Positions 1 to 13,890 are shown, numbered from the whole stretch's first letter. The stretch is 63,535 bases of DNA, filler included, from Octopus bimaculoides (GCF_001194135.2; 9 parts of 9 records of this genome joined end to end with filler, not necessarily neighbours in it); one strand, 5' to 3'. Program-made: numbers and translations. The notes: generated by a model not told the origin, from the letters alone.

Positions 1-780
1 TATAGTTATATTTATATATATACATACATATGTATGTGTGTATATAAGTGAGTGCGTTTGTAAATATATATATATATATATATGTTTGATCGCGCATGAA
101 TGTATGCGTTTTGTGGTTGTGTGTAGGTGTGTAAATGTGTCAATACCAATATTCATGAGAAATTTTCAATAATTTCTTTCATTATGTTACAACATCAAAT
201 CTACTTCCCATACACATACACGAAGCCGAAGGCACCATTCAATATATAAGATTTTTTTATTCTCTTAGCACCTGATAATAACATTAACATGTTAGCAGTG
301 TGATGAAAGTGTGTGATCTAAAACATATCCACATCCGATATTATATACCTTCACTCATTGCAATATATAACGTTTAATTTCTACGCCTAAATAAAATTTA
401 TTTTGTCTTCTTTGAAACGCTTATGTTGCAAGGTTATACTTCCTTATATGTATTTTTATGGTCTATTTATCTCTTGTTGAGGTATTCCAGTTAGAAAGAT
501 ACCGGTTTCAAAAAGAATCAAACAAAATAAAATATTTTTCAGTGTAATTTTGCGTGAACTGGACAAGTTAATGTATGCAATAGCAAAATGCATGTATATC
601 TCCCCTGTGTATGTATTGTACGTGTGACGTCATTATTGACGGGATGATCTGTTTGAGGTTTCAGGCTTTGTGTTGCGCGTGAATAGGAGATTCAGTGTGT
701 TATGTGCGTGCGTTGCGTGCTATACGTGCGGGCATGAGTATAGATATCTGTACTCAGTAGTGTATAATCTAGAGTTGCTT

Positions 781-821
<41 letters not shown>

Positions 822-999
822 GAAATATGATTCAAAGGCAAAAAGACTACACGGGGTATAAATACAGGACAAGTAAAAAGAAAACAAAAAAATCCACATT
901 AGATATAAAAGATAAAGGCTTTTGGAGAAAAGCAAATATATATACACACAATTAGATGATTTGAGGTGGAGTTATGAAGTATAAAAATCATTATTATGA

Positions 1000-1830
1000 A
1001 TCATGATAGAGATTCAAAGTCATACCGGTATCGTCAGAGCTGATCACTGTCTTTGAATGAACACTGTTTTCCAGACGGTGTTTGATTTGATAGTACCCGA
1101 GTGAAAAGATTACATACAAGGGATGTAAGCAGTTCTGGAAGTGATGCAATTAAGGTAGTTATAAATACTGGAATATGAATGGTGTATGAGATGTATGGAG
1201 ATTAGTGGGATTATTGTTATTGGTAAGGTTAGTAGTGTCCTATATTAAGTTGGGTGTTCATGTTGAGTAGTGGATAATATTTAATAATGAAAGTTGCCGC
1301 TTTATCTAATCTTTACTGTACAGAAATGTTCTGTGAACATTGATAAAAAGAGAAAATTAGGAAGTTCGATTTAAGGTTCCTAGTACATCTTTCTATTTGC
1401 TCACTGACCTGTATCTGTCTATATGGTGAACAGTTGCTCTTCATCGGAGTGACATTCCTGTTTGGCCTATATAGTGATTTCCGCACCCTAAGGAGGTAAT
1501 AGCAGTTTTAGAGGCACAGATGAAATTTGATTTTATCTTAAATATTTCACCTTGCTTGAAGTGAAACTCTGTACCCTAAAAAGGTGGGGGGGGGTGCCGC
1601 AGTTAGGCGGCCCGCATTTTTTCACTTTTGGTCCCGTTGTTAATGGATATAGTCTTGCGCTGGTTAATACTTTTTTCAATGATTTCGGTTGCATTTTGCT
1701 CTTGATAATTTTGTGTAAGACAAACATTTTGTACATTGTCTTATCTACAGTGAGAATGGGTAGATTTTGGATGATATTGTTGAACACCTCCATGTATCTA
1801 GGATTGTGTGTGGATATGTATAGGAGGATT
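1000..1830 (-). mobile_element. Decayed Penelope-like element: thumb/linker and GIY-YIG endonuclease fragment
   Basis: Minus-strand translation gives STHNPRYMEVFNNIIQNLPIL...QPKSLKKVLTSARL...VKKCGPPNCG. After frameshifts it continues GCGNHYIGQTGMSLR*RATVH and ...FIIKYYPLLN. These are PLE linker and GIY-YIG motifs, with stops and frameshifts. Confidence 0.8.
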
Positions 1831-2201
1831 TTTAATACACACACACACATACACACACACGCGCACACACGCCCCCCCCNNNNNNNNNNNNNNNNNNNNN
1901 NNNNNNNNNNNNNNNNNNNNNNNNNNNNNNNNNNNNNNNNNNNNNNNNNNNNNNNNNNNNNNNNNNNNNNNNNNNNNNNNNNNNNNNNNNNNNNNNNNNN
2001 NNNNNNNNNNNNNNNNNNNNNNNNNNNNNNNNNNNNNNNNNNNNNNNNNNNNNNNNNNNNNNNNNNNNNNNNNNNNNNNNNNNNNNNNNNNNNNNNNNNN
2101 NNNNNNNNNNNNNNNNNNNNNNNNNNNNNNNNNNNNNNNNNNNNNNNNNNNNNNNNNNNNNNNNNNNNNNNNNNNNNNNNNNNNNNNNNNNNNNNNNNAT
2201 A

Positions 2202-2232
<31 letters not shown>

Positions 2233-3719
2233 CTGTCTATATGTACATATATATGCATATGTATACACACGTCCATATATTCATACACACGCTCTAACGC
2301 ACACATATATATCAGATGTATTCTAGTCTGTACACATATGTGGTTATTCGGGTCTCTGTGTGTTTGCCCTCCGTCGCCCGCTCATCTGGTGTCCATTCTA
2401 TTTGTGGGATTTTTACCGCTGGATTTACGTTTCCAATAACACAGATTCGTTAAGATCTTTCCAATTTCATTTAATTAATTATCTGACATTAATTACAAAT
2501 TGATTTAATGCTAAGCATGCTCATTCAATTATCTTCAGTGTATAGGCCCCATGCGACTGTGTTCATGATTTTTCAATGTTTATTATTGAAATATTCTTCA
2601 CTGAAGCGAAAATGTTTTCGAAAACAATGTGCAAAATTTGCAGAATGAAATAAAAAATATTGAGTATGTATACACGTATCCAAACATGCTCTATATTAAC
2701 TATGTAGCCCAAAAAATCTCTTATAAAATATGAGAGATTATATATATATATATATATATATACATGTGAGATTATTAAGAATCGTGAATCTAGGAGGTGT
2801 TTTTGCCGCTCCTGTAGTTATAAAGTAATAGACACTTTAAAAAACATACTGCATGCACATACACACACACATTTATAATATCGAATTAATCACTAAATTA
2901 AAATCTTGAATCTCTTCTAATATTTGTGTCCATTCCATCTTTCTTCTCCTGTCCCGTATGTATCTCTTCACGTCTATGTATTATTTACTATGAACTTTAA
3001 GTTAGTTAAAACATGTTTGTGACAAATTTTAACTCCTAAATCCAATTGAGTGCAGTTAACGTGGAGAAAAGAATTCTCACTTATGCCAATAGTTGTTAAA
3101 ACCCCGTATCTGCCCAATCTTGCCCCCCTGTCGGATTCCCAGACGCAGCTATTCTAACTCTCTAGCCGTTTCAGGACTCGACTAGTATATTTTGGGCAGA
3201 TATGGAATTTCACGCCTATTAACATAAGAAACAATTTTTCTCCACGGTTCCTGCTGTAAGTTTGCCACTGGAACTTGAAATATATCACAAACTTATTGTA
3301 ACTAACCTAAAGTTCACTTATCCGAAAACACTTTAGCCCCGATGCAGTTGAATTTTTTTATATTTTGATTAATGCGCTTGTAATTCTTTCTGTCCTCCTA
3401 ACACATTACCTTTCAGGGTTATATTGAACAAATCAAATAAATCGAACGAATCGAAGCCAGTACATATATATATATATATATATANNNNNNNNNNNNNNNN
3501 NNNNNNNNNNNNNNNNNNNNNNNNNNNNNNNNNNNNNNNNNNNNNNNNNNNNNNNNNNNNNNNNNNNNNNNNNNNNNNNNNNNNNNNNNNNNNNNNNNNN
3601 NNNNNNNNNNNNNNNNNNNNNNNNNNNNNNNNNNNNNNNNNNNNNNNNNNNNNNNNNNNNNNNNNNNNNNNNNNNNNNNNNNNNNNNNNNNNNNNNNNNN
3701 NNNNNNNATATGCAAATAC

Positions 3720-4720
3720 ATACATAGAATGAGAATCCACACCTTTTCTCTCGACCAAACTCACACAGAAAGTAAAAATTGTTCCAGAGCGATAATGAAA
3801 AAACAAAGTTTTGGCTCAATGTACCTGAACATGAATCCACGAGGAAATGGAAGAAGTTCTCTTAACCGCACATCTATTAAGACTAAGTATACATACATAC
3901 ATACATACATACATACATACATACATACATGCATACATACATACATACATGCATACATACATACATGCATACATACAAGTCTACACAAAATCTTTCAGAC
4001 AAGAATGAATACGCTGACTTGGCAGGAAACCTGTGGTTTATTGATTGCCTAAACTCTATGTATTAACTTTAAACAAGCTTACACAATCAATACTTCCGAG
4101 ACCGTTACGAATCCCAAATGGTATGTTAGTTATGAATAGGTAGATGATGTTGAGAGTGAAGGGTATGTTATAAACACAGATAAATAAATAAAACTCTGCT
4201 TTATGAAAATAAAGGAAAACCACCACTGAATCTTGTGTCGGTATGTCTTGATTACTGAAAGGCGTTTGCATCTATTCTAGAACCATGTTTGTTGGAAACA
4301 ATGCAGTTGGCAAATATAGCTGCTGTTCTAATTGCTGCCATTGAACAGTTCACAAAGACTTGGTCAATAATCGCCACCGTTATAACTGAATGCAGAATGA
4401 TTCTGTCCAACGTTATACAGTCGTTTAAAAGGAATATTCTCTGGAGACATTCCGTTTTTATTCTTGGCACCAAATTCACTGTCATTTCTTTGACAAAAGT
4501 TCAGTTGTTACGTGTTAAATCCTACAACTGCAAGAGACATTAATGTAACACAATTTCTTTGCCGAAGACGTAAAGATCTATTTTCTATATGTTTACAATG
4601 CTGAGAAACGCCTGTATTTGTTAACGACATTTTCAGCCGATTTCGGGAAAGAATTTAATGAAAAGAAATTGTATTTGGTTATTGAAAGTAGAAACACTCT
4701 TTACCGGACATAAACTACTT
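3720..4720 (+). mobile_element. Decayed reverse transcriptase fragment of an R4/Dong-like (RLE-clade) non-LTR retrotransposon
   Basis: Frameshifted translation shows CLNSMY*L, CLDY*KAF, LETMQLANIAAVLIAAIEQFTKTWS and FFAEDVKIY (a YADD-type box). Interrupted by (TACA)n at about 3890-3975. Confidence 0.7.
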
Positions 4721-5044
4721 TCGCATTGATAGTTTCTACTCCCTACATTCCAAATAATAGTACAACAAATATTCAAGTATTAATGAAAATGTATCATACA
4801 AAAGTGCTATGAAAAAAGACAAAACATCGAATGCGTACTACACTATATCTAAAATGTTCATGCCAGAATTTCCTTTTCACAGCAGGACAAAAATCCCGCC
4901 TTGGTTTTGAAATTCAAAAAAGAAACATATCTATATAATGTGATAGTGAAATTCTCTTAAAACACCACCCAGTTAGTTTTGTTGCATAACTTTGGAAAAT
5001 AATCTTTTAATTTTGACTCTATATCTTCAGGAGGAGCTACCTCA

Positions 5045-5055
5045 ATCCTTTCTAT

Positions 5056-5125
<70 letters not shown>
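5045..5125. repeat. (TAA)n microsatellite
   Basis: Pure TAA run. Confidence 0.95.
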
Positions 5126-5127
<2 letters not shown>

Positions 5128-5468
5128 ATTATATGAAAATTCACAGCTTATTTCACTGGGTAAGATGGAAAAGTGTCAGCTGTCCATAGTGAAAACAGAC
5201 TAAGGTGACACTTGTTTCCTGGTCAAACTTCAAATCACTGCGAAGAATACTTGCAGTTCCAAGCCATACTGATTTTTATAGGTGTCCTACTTTTACACAT
5301 GCAACGATCTTTTTCAGCCATCGTGGTAGCTGAGTGCTGATACTTCCAAGTGCACCCACTATTACTGGTATCTACTTCTTCATTGACCATAACCTTCGTA
5401 TTTCCCAATTCAAATCGCCGTAGTTGTTTATTTTTTCTTCAAATCGTATTGTTATACTAGTATAAACG

Positions 5469-5506
<38 letters not shown>

Positions 5507-5509
5507 CAT

Positions 5510-5564
<55 letters not shown>

Positions 5565-5569
5565 TGTTG

Positions 5570-5870
5570 TTGTTGGTGTTGTTGTTGTTGTTGTTCTCTT
5601 TATCACAGGCTTTGTCGGAGCTCCTCGAATCGTCCATGCATAGCGGGAGCGGGCTTGCTACCTGCCTCCGACGGTACCAAGCTATCCGTTCTTTTCAGCT
5701 GTCTTCAGCTTTCCTGATTATTCTGGCCGTGCCAAGGAGGTAAACCTTGTATAACAGTTCTACTGAGTGCGATATTCTAATTTCCTTTATGTTCCTCTTC
5801 ATGCCATCTGATACTGTCCGAAGAACCAAACAATAATTGGTACTATCTTCAACTTCTTATGGGAGGGTTC
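5570..5870 (-). mobile_element. 3' end of an R4/Dong-like retrotransposon (restriction-like endonuclease C-terminus and 3' UTR with (ACA)n tail)
   Basis: Minus strand gives KKLKIVPIIV...VSDGMKRNIKEIRISHSVELLYKVYLLGTARIIRKAEDS*, resembling the IVPIIVGALG...GTARILRKVL RLE terminus. Followed by a simple-repeat tail. Confidence 0.7.
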
Positions 5871-6359
5871 GTCTGTAGAAATTAGCATTCAAATTTAAGG
5901 AAACATCTAAAAATATCAGTCTTAGGTTAATGTCAATAGAAATAATAAATCCTATGGAGCTGAAGGTTGAAATTACCTGGTTTATTTTATTAATTTTTTA
6001 ATTATATTTTTATATACTTAATTGATCGAGTGCTGTACTATTTGTTGAACGCACTTACCACACAGTATATGTGTGTAGGTATGTGTGTATGCATGTATGT
6101 ATGCGTGCACGCATGAATGAATGTATGTATGAATATATGTACATGGATATATTGTATATGCATGTATAAATATATAAATTATATGATATATATGTATGTA
6201 TGTATGAATGTATATACATTATTACATATGTATATCAACATATGATGCAAGGATACTCTCTCATATATACATATATATATATATGGAGACAAACATCATC
6301 ATCCAGGTTATAATGAAAGAATGTGGTGAAATTTCTTCTGCTAATTATAAAACGCTTAA

Positions 6360-6392
<33 letters not shown>

Positions 6393-7084
6393 GGAGACAA
6401 ACNNNNNNNNNNNNNNNNNNNNNNNNNNNNNNNNNNNNNNNNNNNNNNNNNNNNNNNNNNNNNNNNNNNNNNNNNNNNNNNNNNNNNNNNNNNNNNNNNN
6501 NNNNNNNNNNNNNNNNNNNNNNNNNNNNNNNNNNNNNNNNNNNNNNNNNNNNNNNNNNNNNNNNNNNNNNNNNNNNNNNNNNNNNNNNNNNNNNNNNNNN
6601 NNNNNNNNNNNNNNNNNNNNNNNNNNNNNNNNNNNNNNNNNNNNNNNNNNNNNNNNNNNNNNNNNNNNNNNNNNNNNNNNNNNNNNNNNNNNNNNNNNNN
6701 NNNNNNNNNNNNNNNNNNNNNNNNNNNNNNNNNNNNNNNNNNNNNNNNNNNNNNNNNNNNNNNNNNNNNNNNNNNNNNNNNNNNNNNNNNNNNNNNNNNN
6801 NNNNNNNNNNNNNNNNNNNNNNNNNNNNNNNNNNNNNNNNNNNNNNNNNNNNNNNNNNNNNNNNNNNNNNNNNNNNNNNNNNNNNNNNNNNNNNNNNNNN
6901 NNNNNNNNNNNNNNNNNNNNNNNNNNNNNNNNNNNNNNNNNNNNNNNNNNNNNNNNNNNNNNNNNNNNNNNNNNNNNNNNNNNNNNNNNNNNNNNNNNNN
7001 NNNNNNNNNNNNNNNNNNNNNNNNNNNNNNNNNNNNNNNNNNNNNNNNNNNNNNNNNNNNNNNNNNNNNNNNNNNNNNNNNNNN

Positions 7085-7124
<40 letters not shown>

Positions 7125-8574
7125 TAAGTATATAAACGTATACGTATGTATGGTTGTCTCTATGTACATGTCTATATACATACAATCATCCATACGTGTA
7201 TATATATACGTGCATGGATGTTTGTGAGGAAGACATATTGGGAAAAACAGAGAGAGATGAAAATGACAACGAATATCGTCACGTCTTTAAAATATTAATT
7301 TCTCAACGCTGTGTAATGTAATTTCGATGACACAAGGAATCTTGTTGTCTGCGCGAATGGTGAAGAAACATATAAAGTAAAAAAGTATATTAGTACAATC
7401 TATACGAAGTACAACAACAGTTGTCAAGAAGAATCAGCAAAAACAACAATAACAAGATCAATGCTGAATATAATCAAACAACTGAAAGCACTGAAAAACC
7501 GAAAGAAATGAAAATTAAGCATTTATCAGATTTTTGTCTCTTACGAAATTGGAATGCATTGAAACTGGCTGTGCTAAAATAAGATTAATCTTTGACAAAC
7601 TTGTGTAATTACGTTTGTCGAAAATTATTCTCGTATATTTCGTTCGGCGAACACTTGAGATTCCGAAATTTGATACGTATAATGTTATAATTTTTATCGT
7701 TTGGTAGAAATAATGCAGACGAGAGGAAAATGAAAGAGCGATAGATACGCACCTAGAGTCGCATAACTACTCATTTGAAATCACTTCGATACACGAACTA
7801 GCGCACAAGGACGAACACATATTTATACACAGAAACACATATATACACGCAGTTATATGTATATACAAACATATAAAATATACAAAGACGTACACACAGC
7901 CCCACCACACACACGCACGCACACAAACACACATATATATATATATATANNNNNNNNNNNNNNNNNNNNNNNNNNNNNNNNNNNNNNNNNNNNNNNNNNN
8001 NNNNNNNNNNNNNNNNNNNNNNNNNNNNNNNNNNNNNNNNNNNNNNNNNNNNNNNNNNNNNNNNNNNNNNNNNNNNNNNNNNNNNNNNNNNNNNNNNNNN
8101 NNNNNNNNNNNNNNNNNNNNNNNNNNNNNNNNNNNNNNNNNNNNNNNNNNNNNNNNNNNNNNNNNNNNNNNNNNNNNNNNNNNNNNNNNNNNNNNNNNNN
8201 NNNNNNNNNNNNNNNNNNNNNNNNNNNNNNNNNNNNNNNNNNNNNNNNNNNNNNNNNNNNNNNNNNNNNNNNNNNNNNNNNNNNNNNNNNNNNNNNNNNN
8301 NNNNNNNNNNNNNNNNNNNNNNNNNNNNNNNNNNNNNNNNNNNNNNNNNNNNNNNNNNNNNNNNNNNNNNNNNNNNNNNNNNNNNNNNNNNNNNNNNATA
8401 TATATATATATATGTATATATATAAATAGGGGTGCAATAATAAAAGGATACATACTTAAACAAGGTGATACATATCTATGGAGGCCCTACCTATGTGTAT
8501 AAATGTGTGTTGTGTTTGTCTGTTTGTGTATTTGAGTGCGTCTGTGTGTGTCTGTCTCTGTGTGTGTTTGTGTG

Positions 8575-8616
<42 letters not shown>

Positions 8617-9104
8617 CGTGCGTCTGTGTGTGTCTGTGTCTGTGTGTGTTGAACATAGTTAAAAGATCGATTGACGCCTGAACGGAATCAATACAACAAA
8701 TGCAAAACATTATCAACAATACCCAATTGTGGAACATCTGAGTTAAAAACTTTTGAGCAAACAGGAAAAGCTAAAGCATATATATATATGTAAAACAATG
8801 ATTGTTCAGATAAGCATATGTACTGCTTGCAACTGCAAATAAGTTTGGTATTTTTGCTACTTAGCGAGTTTGTCGTGCTTGAGTTTGTGCACGTTTATTT
8901 GCATATATGGTATATGCTTGCTTGTATGCATATATGTATGTAGTTATGTATGTAGGTATACATATATAAACTATGTGCGATTGATAATTTGTCCTCATTT
9001 TATATTCTTAATTTTGCGTTTGCACATTGTTTTTTTTTTTATTTTGTCGACTGCATAGTATAGTAGGGTCAGTTGGGCAGCGTCTATAAGAAAATTAGCA
9101 CCAT

Positions 9105-9215
9105 GATGTAATTCACTCCGCCAGAAATTTGGAAACGACATGCTGTGCTGTTTGGCATTAGCGCTGGAACCTCCAATACGAATATTTCGGAGTGCTTGTG
9201 TCAATCTGTTGACAG
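9105..9215 (+). pseudogene. N-terminal fragment of a Tc1/mariner-superfamily transposase
   Basis: Translates as MM*FTPPEIWKRHAVLFGISAGTSNTNISECL, which resembles an abundant mollusc mariner-like transposase start as I recall it. Not database-verified. Confidence 0.5.
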
Positions 9216-9250
9216 CGCAATATGAGGACATGTACTGAGAGTGATAAATA

Positions 9251-9486
9251 CATGGTTGGCCAAAAGTCACACAGCAGTAAATCAGTAAATGAAAATTCCA
9301 TAAATACTAATTGTAATTCTGTAGTAACTCGCATTAAAAAAATGTGTTGCTCAAGGACTTCGGTTTGAACTGTTTTCATGATTTTTCATATTTAGATGCT
9401 TTTATTAACTTCATTCACTTGTTAAGCATAAATGAACCATGAAATAGAATGGCTTTGATTTACTGTCAGGTGACTTTTGGCCCAAA

Positions 9487-9489
<3 letters not shown>
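9251..9489. mobile_element. Tc1-like MITE (about 240 bp)
   Basis: Imperfect TIRs of about 35 bp (CATGGTTGGCCAAAAGTCAC...GTAAATCA and TGATTTACTG...GTGACTTTTGGCCCAAACTG), with TA on both sides. The ends resemble the Tc1 CAGTnnTGGCCAAAA terminus. Confidence 0.85.
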
Positions 9490-9534
<45 letters not shown>

Positions 9535-10177
9535 NNNNNNNNNNNNNNNNNNNNNNNNNNNNNNNNNNNNNNNNNNNNNNNNNNNNNNNNNNNNNNNNNN
9601 NNNNNNNNNNNNNNNNNNNNNNNNNNNNNNNNNNNNNNNNNNNNNNNNNNNNNNNNNNNNNNNNNNNNNNNNNNNNNNNNNNNNNNNNNNNNNNNNNNNN
9701 NNNNNNNNNNNNNNNNNNNNNNNNNNNNNNNNNNNNNNNNNNNNNNNNNNNNNNNNNNNNNNNNNNNNNNNNNNNNNNNNNNNNNNNNNNNNNNNNNNNN
9801 NNNNNNNNNNNNNNNNNNNNNNNNNNNNNNNNNNNNNNNNNNNNNNNNNNNNNNNNNNNNNNNNNNNNNNNNNNNNNNNNNNNNNNNNNNNNNNNNNNNN
9901 NNNNNNNNNNNNNNNNNNNNNNNNNNNNNNNNNNNNNNNNNNNNNNNNNNNNNNNNNNNNNNNNNNNNNNNNNNNNNNNNNNNNNNNNNNNNNNNNNNNN
10001 NNNNNNNNNNNNNNNNNNNNNNNNNNNNNNNNNNNNNNNNNNNNNNNNNNNNNNNNNNNNNNNNNNNNNNNNNNNNNNNNNNNNNNNNNNNNNNNNNNNN
10101 NNNNNNNNNNNNNNNNNNNNNNNNNNNNNNNNNNNNNNNNNNNNNNNNNNNNNNNNNNNNNNNNNNNNNNNNNNNNN

Positions 10178-10220
<43 letters not shown>

Positions 10221-11084
10221 CTATTATTTAGAGAAAGAGAGACAGAGAAAGACAAACAGACACAGAAACACCTATATACATATGCAGAGATATACGCATA
10301 TATATGCGTGTAGCTAATACACATGCAAACACGTACGCTTATGCATATATAGATATGCTTTATGATATATAATCACGTGGTTTCGGTATCAGTTCCACCG
10401 TGCAGGTGACTGTATGCTTGCGTTTGTCTCTCTGACACCGCTTCACAACTGCTGTTCATTTGTTTACCTCCTGATAACTTAAACGTCCAGCAACAGATAC
10501 AAGGATGATAATGCCAGACTTGAAAATAAATGCTACGATGTCGAATTGTTTGACAAAACAATCCTCCAAAGCAATGCCCCAGCATGACCACAGTGCAATG
10601 ACTGAAACGAGTGACAGATAAAAGATTAGATTACCTTAACAGACAAAAGTTTACATCAAAAACTTTGAATCAGTAAACGTTCAGTTCTCATTTAAAATCA
10701 GAAGTCAGGTTTGTGACGCTGAAATGTTCAGATATGCGTTCGGCCCTGATGTTAGGGTATCGACTAGCTGAAATTTCTTACACGCATGGAGATCCTCCCG
10801 TTCAGGCACTTCAGTACGATATATTCAGTATAAATCAATTAATATTGCTTTATATCTGAATCCGAAAATATTAAACTAGAAAAGTTCTTACTTCAGCAGA
10901 AGTTGGTTCTTGATCTCNNNNNNNNNNNNNNNNNNNNNNNNNNNNNNNNNNNNNNNNNNNNTTAATTAATTAANNNNNNNNNNNNNNNNNNNNNNNNNNN
11001 NNNNNNNNNNNNNNNNNATATATATATATATATATATATACATATATATACATTCATACATACATACATATATATATATATAAG

Positions 11085-11410
11085 ATCGTTTAACGTCCGC
11101 TTTCCATGCTAGCATGGGTTGGACAATTTGCTTGAGGACTGGTGAACCAAATGGCTACACCAGGCTACACCAGGCTCCGAGAGTGTAGTGGGTGCTTTTA
11201 CATGCCACCTGCACAGGAGCTAGCCCAGTGGTACTGGCAACGAACTTGCTCGAATGTCTTTTGATGTGCTACTGGCACAAGTGCCAGGAAGGCAACGTTG
11301 GTAACAGTCACGCTGAAATGATGCTATTTACATGCCACCGGCACGAAAGCCAGACAGCTGGTGCTCTGGCAACGATCACGCTCGGACGGTGCTCTTAGTG
11401 ATTTACTGGT
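11085..11410 (-). mobile_element. SINE-type interspersed repeat with internal tandem subunits
   Basis: Reverse complement of the CCAACCCATGCTAGCATGGAAAGCGGACGTTAAA tail seen at 21.7, 27.4 and 42.0 kb. Contains repeated TTTACATGCCACC...GCAC...GGCAACGA units. Confidence 0.75.
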
Positions 11411-12227
11411 ACTGGTGCCATATATATATACATATGGACGGCTATAACAATGTCAACAACAACAACTACCATGATGGCAACACCGAGGGCGAACACACAT
11501 ACACAGAGAAAAACAGGAACTGTACCATTTTTTTTATCAGGTCTTAGTGCAATGGAGTGAGAGGATGGAGCTGAGGGAAAGGCCACACTGCTGCTAAAAA
11601 TCTATGTCACACACACAGACACATGGACATATAAATATGGTCACTAGAAATGCATGAACCTCATATGGTACTTCTTAATGTGTATGAAGGAGGTATTCAT
11701 TCATTCATTGACAGTGCTTTTATGTGTGTGCTTATGATCATGTTAGGTTTATGCACAGTGACATGTACCTGCTTTCAGTCACATGTCATTGGTATGCCTG
11801 AGGCAATAAGCATAAGAGTTTGCACATGATACCATGCAAATGATTAGAAAGCAACCTTTGTTACCACAAAGCCATACATGCACCAATAACTAAACAGCTA
11901 TGACAGTGCCTCTGTGCATATGAATGCACACACACACACACACAAACATACACACAAACACACGCAATTTATTGGAACCTGAAGTTTCTCAAATCGTTAC
12001 TCTAAGAAATGATTTGTAAAGTTTCAATGTCTAATAAGTCTAATGAATTATAAACCACTTTAGCCATTGCATCAAGTGTTTTCTGTCTCTTGCTTGTTTA
12101 TACTTATGTGTATCTATTTGTTTATTTTATTATATACATACATGCATACATACATACACATGCATTTACAAGTAGAAACATATAAATATATATAAATATA
12201 CATGCACACACACATGTCTGTTTGTTA

Positions 12228-12283
<56 letters not shown>

Positions 12284-12343
12284 AAGTATACATACATGCA
12301 TACATACATATATATATAAACACATATCTATACGTGTGTGTGA

Positions 12344-12374
<31 letters not shown>

Positions 12375-13374
12375 TGTACATGTAAACATACACACATACA
12401 TACACACACATATATACATTAAATTATTTATATTTTCTGTGTAATTATGTACATGTAGACATACACAGGTGTATGCACACATGCATACAAGCACACATAT
12501 ATAAAAGCATACAAGCACACACACACACACACACACACGTGTAAATGTGCACATATGCACACAGTATTATATTTAGAATATCATATACAATATCATATAA
12601 CTTAACAGATAATAAATGTATGTCATTACTTATTTGATTTCAGTTATCAATTTTTTGAATGGTTATGTTGGAAACTTAATGCCTCTTTAAATTACAGACT
12701 ATCTGGAATTCCAATATTAATAAATTGGAACATTTCAGAGTAATTGATAATTAAAAATAGACACCGTGGCTTAACAGATAGGTAAAACAGTCCAAGATTA
12801 GTGTTTGATAATTACTAAACATTAGTTATTATCCATAGATGCTTTCCTATTCTCTTTTTTTTTTTTACATTTAAGTATTTATTTATTATGGAAAAGAATG
12901 AAATAAAATACGAAATATGTATATAAATATCTAAAGGGTGAAATAAACATCTTGATTGTCATTTAATCAAAACATAAGCTGTTACATTTAAAAATATGTT
13001 CTCCATAGATTTTATAGCTTGTAAATCAGACATTAATCAACAGTTGTCTTGTTATAATTCTCTTCAAAAGTTACCTATTTTCATGTAAAGATTATTTTTA
13101 TCCTTGCTTTTCTTTCTTTCATAGATTTCACAAGTACATATCATGGTGTCACAGACTTATCTACATCTATATAGTCATTATTCATTTGGTTGTCAAAAGG
13201 TATTTTGTTAATTGATATAATAATGATTTCTAACATAAGCACAAGTGTTGAAAATTTGGGGTGTGACAGAACTATTCATTGACCCTCAGTACGTGACTGG
13301 TACTTATTTCATTGACTTTGAAAGGATATAAGATAAAGTTGATCTCTGTGAAAATTGAATTCAAATGTAAACGT

Positions 13375-13530
13375 GATCATGTGGTAAAAACTTTGCTTCC
13401 CAAATACATGGTCCTGAGTTCAGTCCCACTGGGTGGCACCTTGGAAAAATGTCTTCTACAATAACCTTGGGCTTACCAAAGCCTTGTGAGGGGACCTGGT
13501 AGACAGAAACTGTATGAAAGCCCATCGTCT
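13375..13530 (+). mobile_element. tRNA-derived SINE with CORE-like segment
   Basis: B-box-like GAGTTCAGTCCC, followed by GGCACCTTGGAAAAATGTCTTC and the same body as the copies at 20.8 and 48.5 kb (opposite strand). Confidence 0.8.
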
Positions 13531-13598
<68 letters not shown>

Positions 13599-13890
13599 TC
13601 ACACTACAAGACCCCTTTGAATGAACAGTACATGGGATTAATGTCTCCACACTATCCATTCATAATAGCAAAATATGAAGTCCCATTGGAATTTACATGC
13701 TATGGACAAGAAGCCTTTCTACCCATTCTACACAACACTTGCCTTGGATAATGGAACTGCAACTGTAACATCCAACATATATTTTGATTTTTATTCTCTT
13801 ATTTCCCTTTATACTTCCTATATCCATTCTTCTCCCAAATAACTTCTTATATTTAAATTTACTATTTCCCTCTATTTACCTCTCTCATAT

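Noticed and set aside
1020-1080. Possible hammerhead remnant at the 3' end of the first PLE
   Set aside because: Both core boxes and stem II would need several corrections, so it is too degenerate to call.
6280-6402. Repeated TATATGGAGACAAAC next to a gap
   Set aside because: Probably the edge of a collapsed tandem repeat or a contig-end artefact; too little sequence to interpret.
6208-10324. Long ORFs containing X runs and YIYI, HTHT, CVCV or MYVC peptides (here and throughout the window)
   Set aside because: They result from translating N gaps and (TA)n, (CA)n or (TACA)n microsatellites, and have no coding signal.
10962-10973. TTAATTAATTAA centred in ~100-bp N gaps (also at about 17708, 27724, 36553, 42373, 51114, 58776 and 61907)
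   Set aside because: It is the same 12-mer each time, with stops in all six frames and always embedded in Ns. This is an assembly linker, not a biological repeat or CRISPR-like array.
13375-13440. tRNA-like A/B box sequences (also at about 20.9, 22.2, 40.2 and 48.6 kb)
   Set aside because: They are SINE heads with no complete cloverleaf, so they are not called as tRNA genes.
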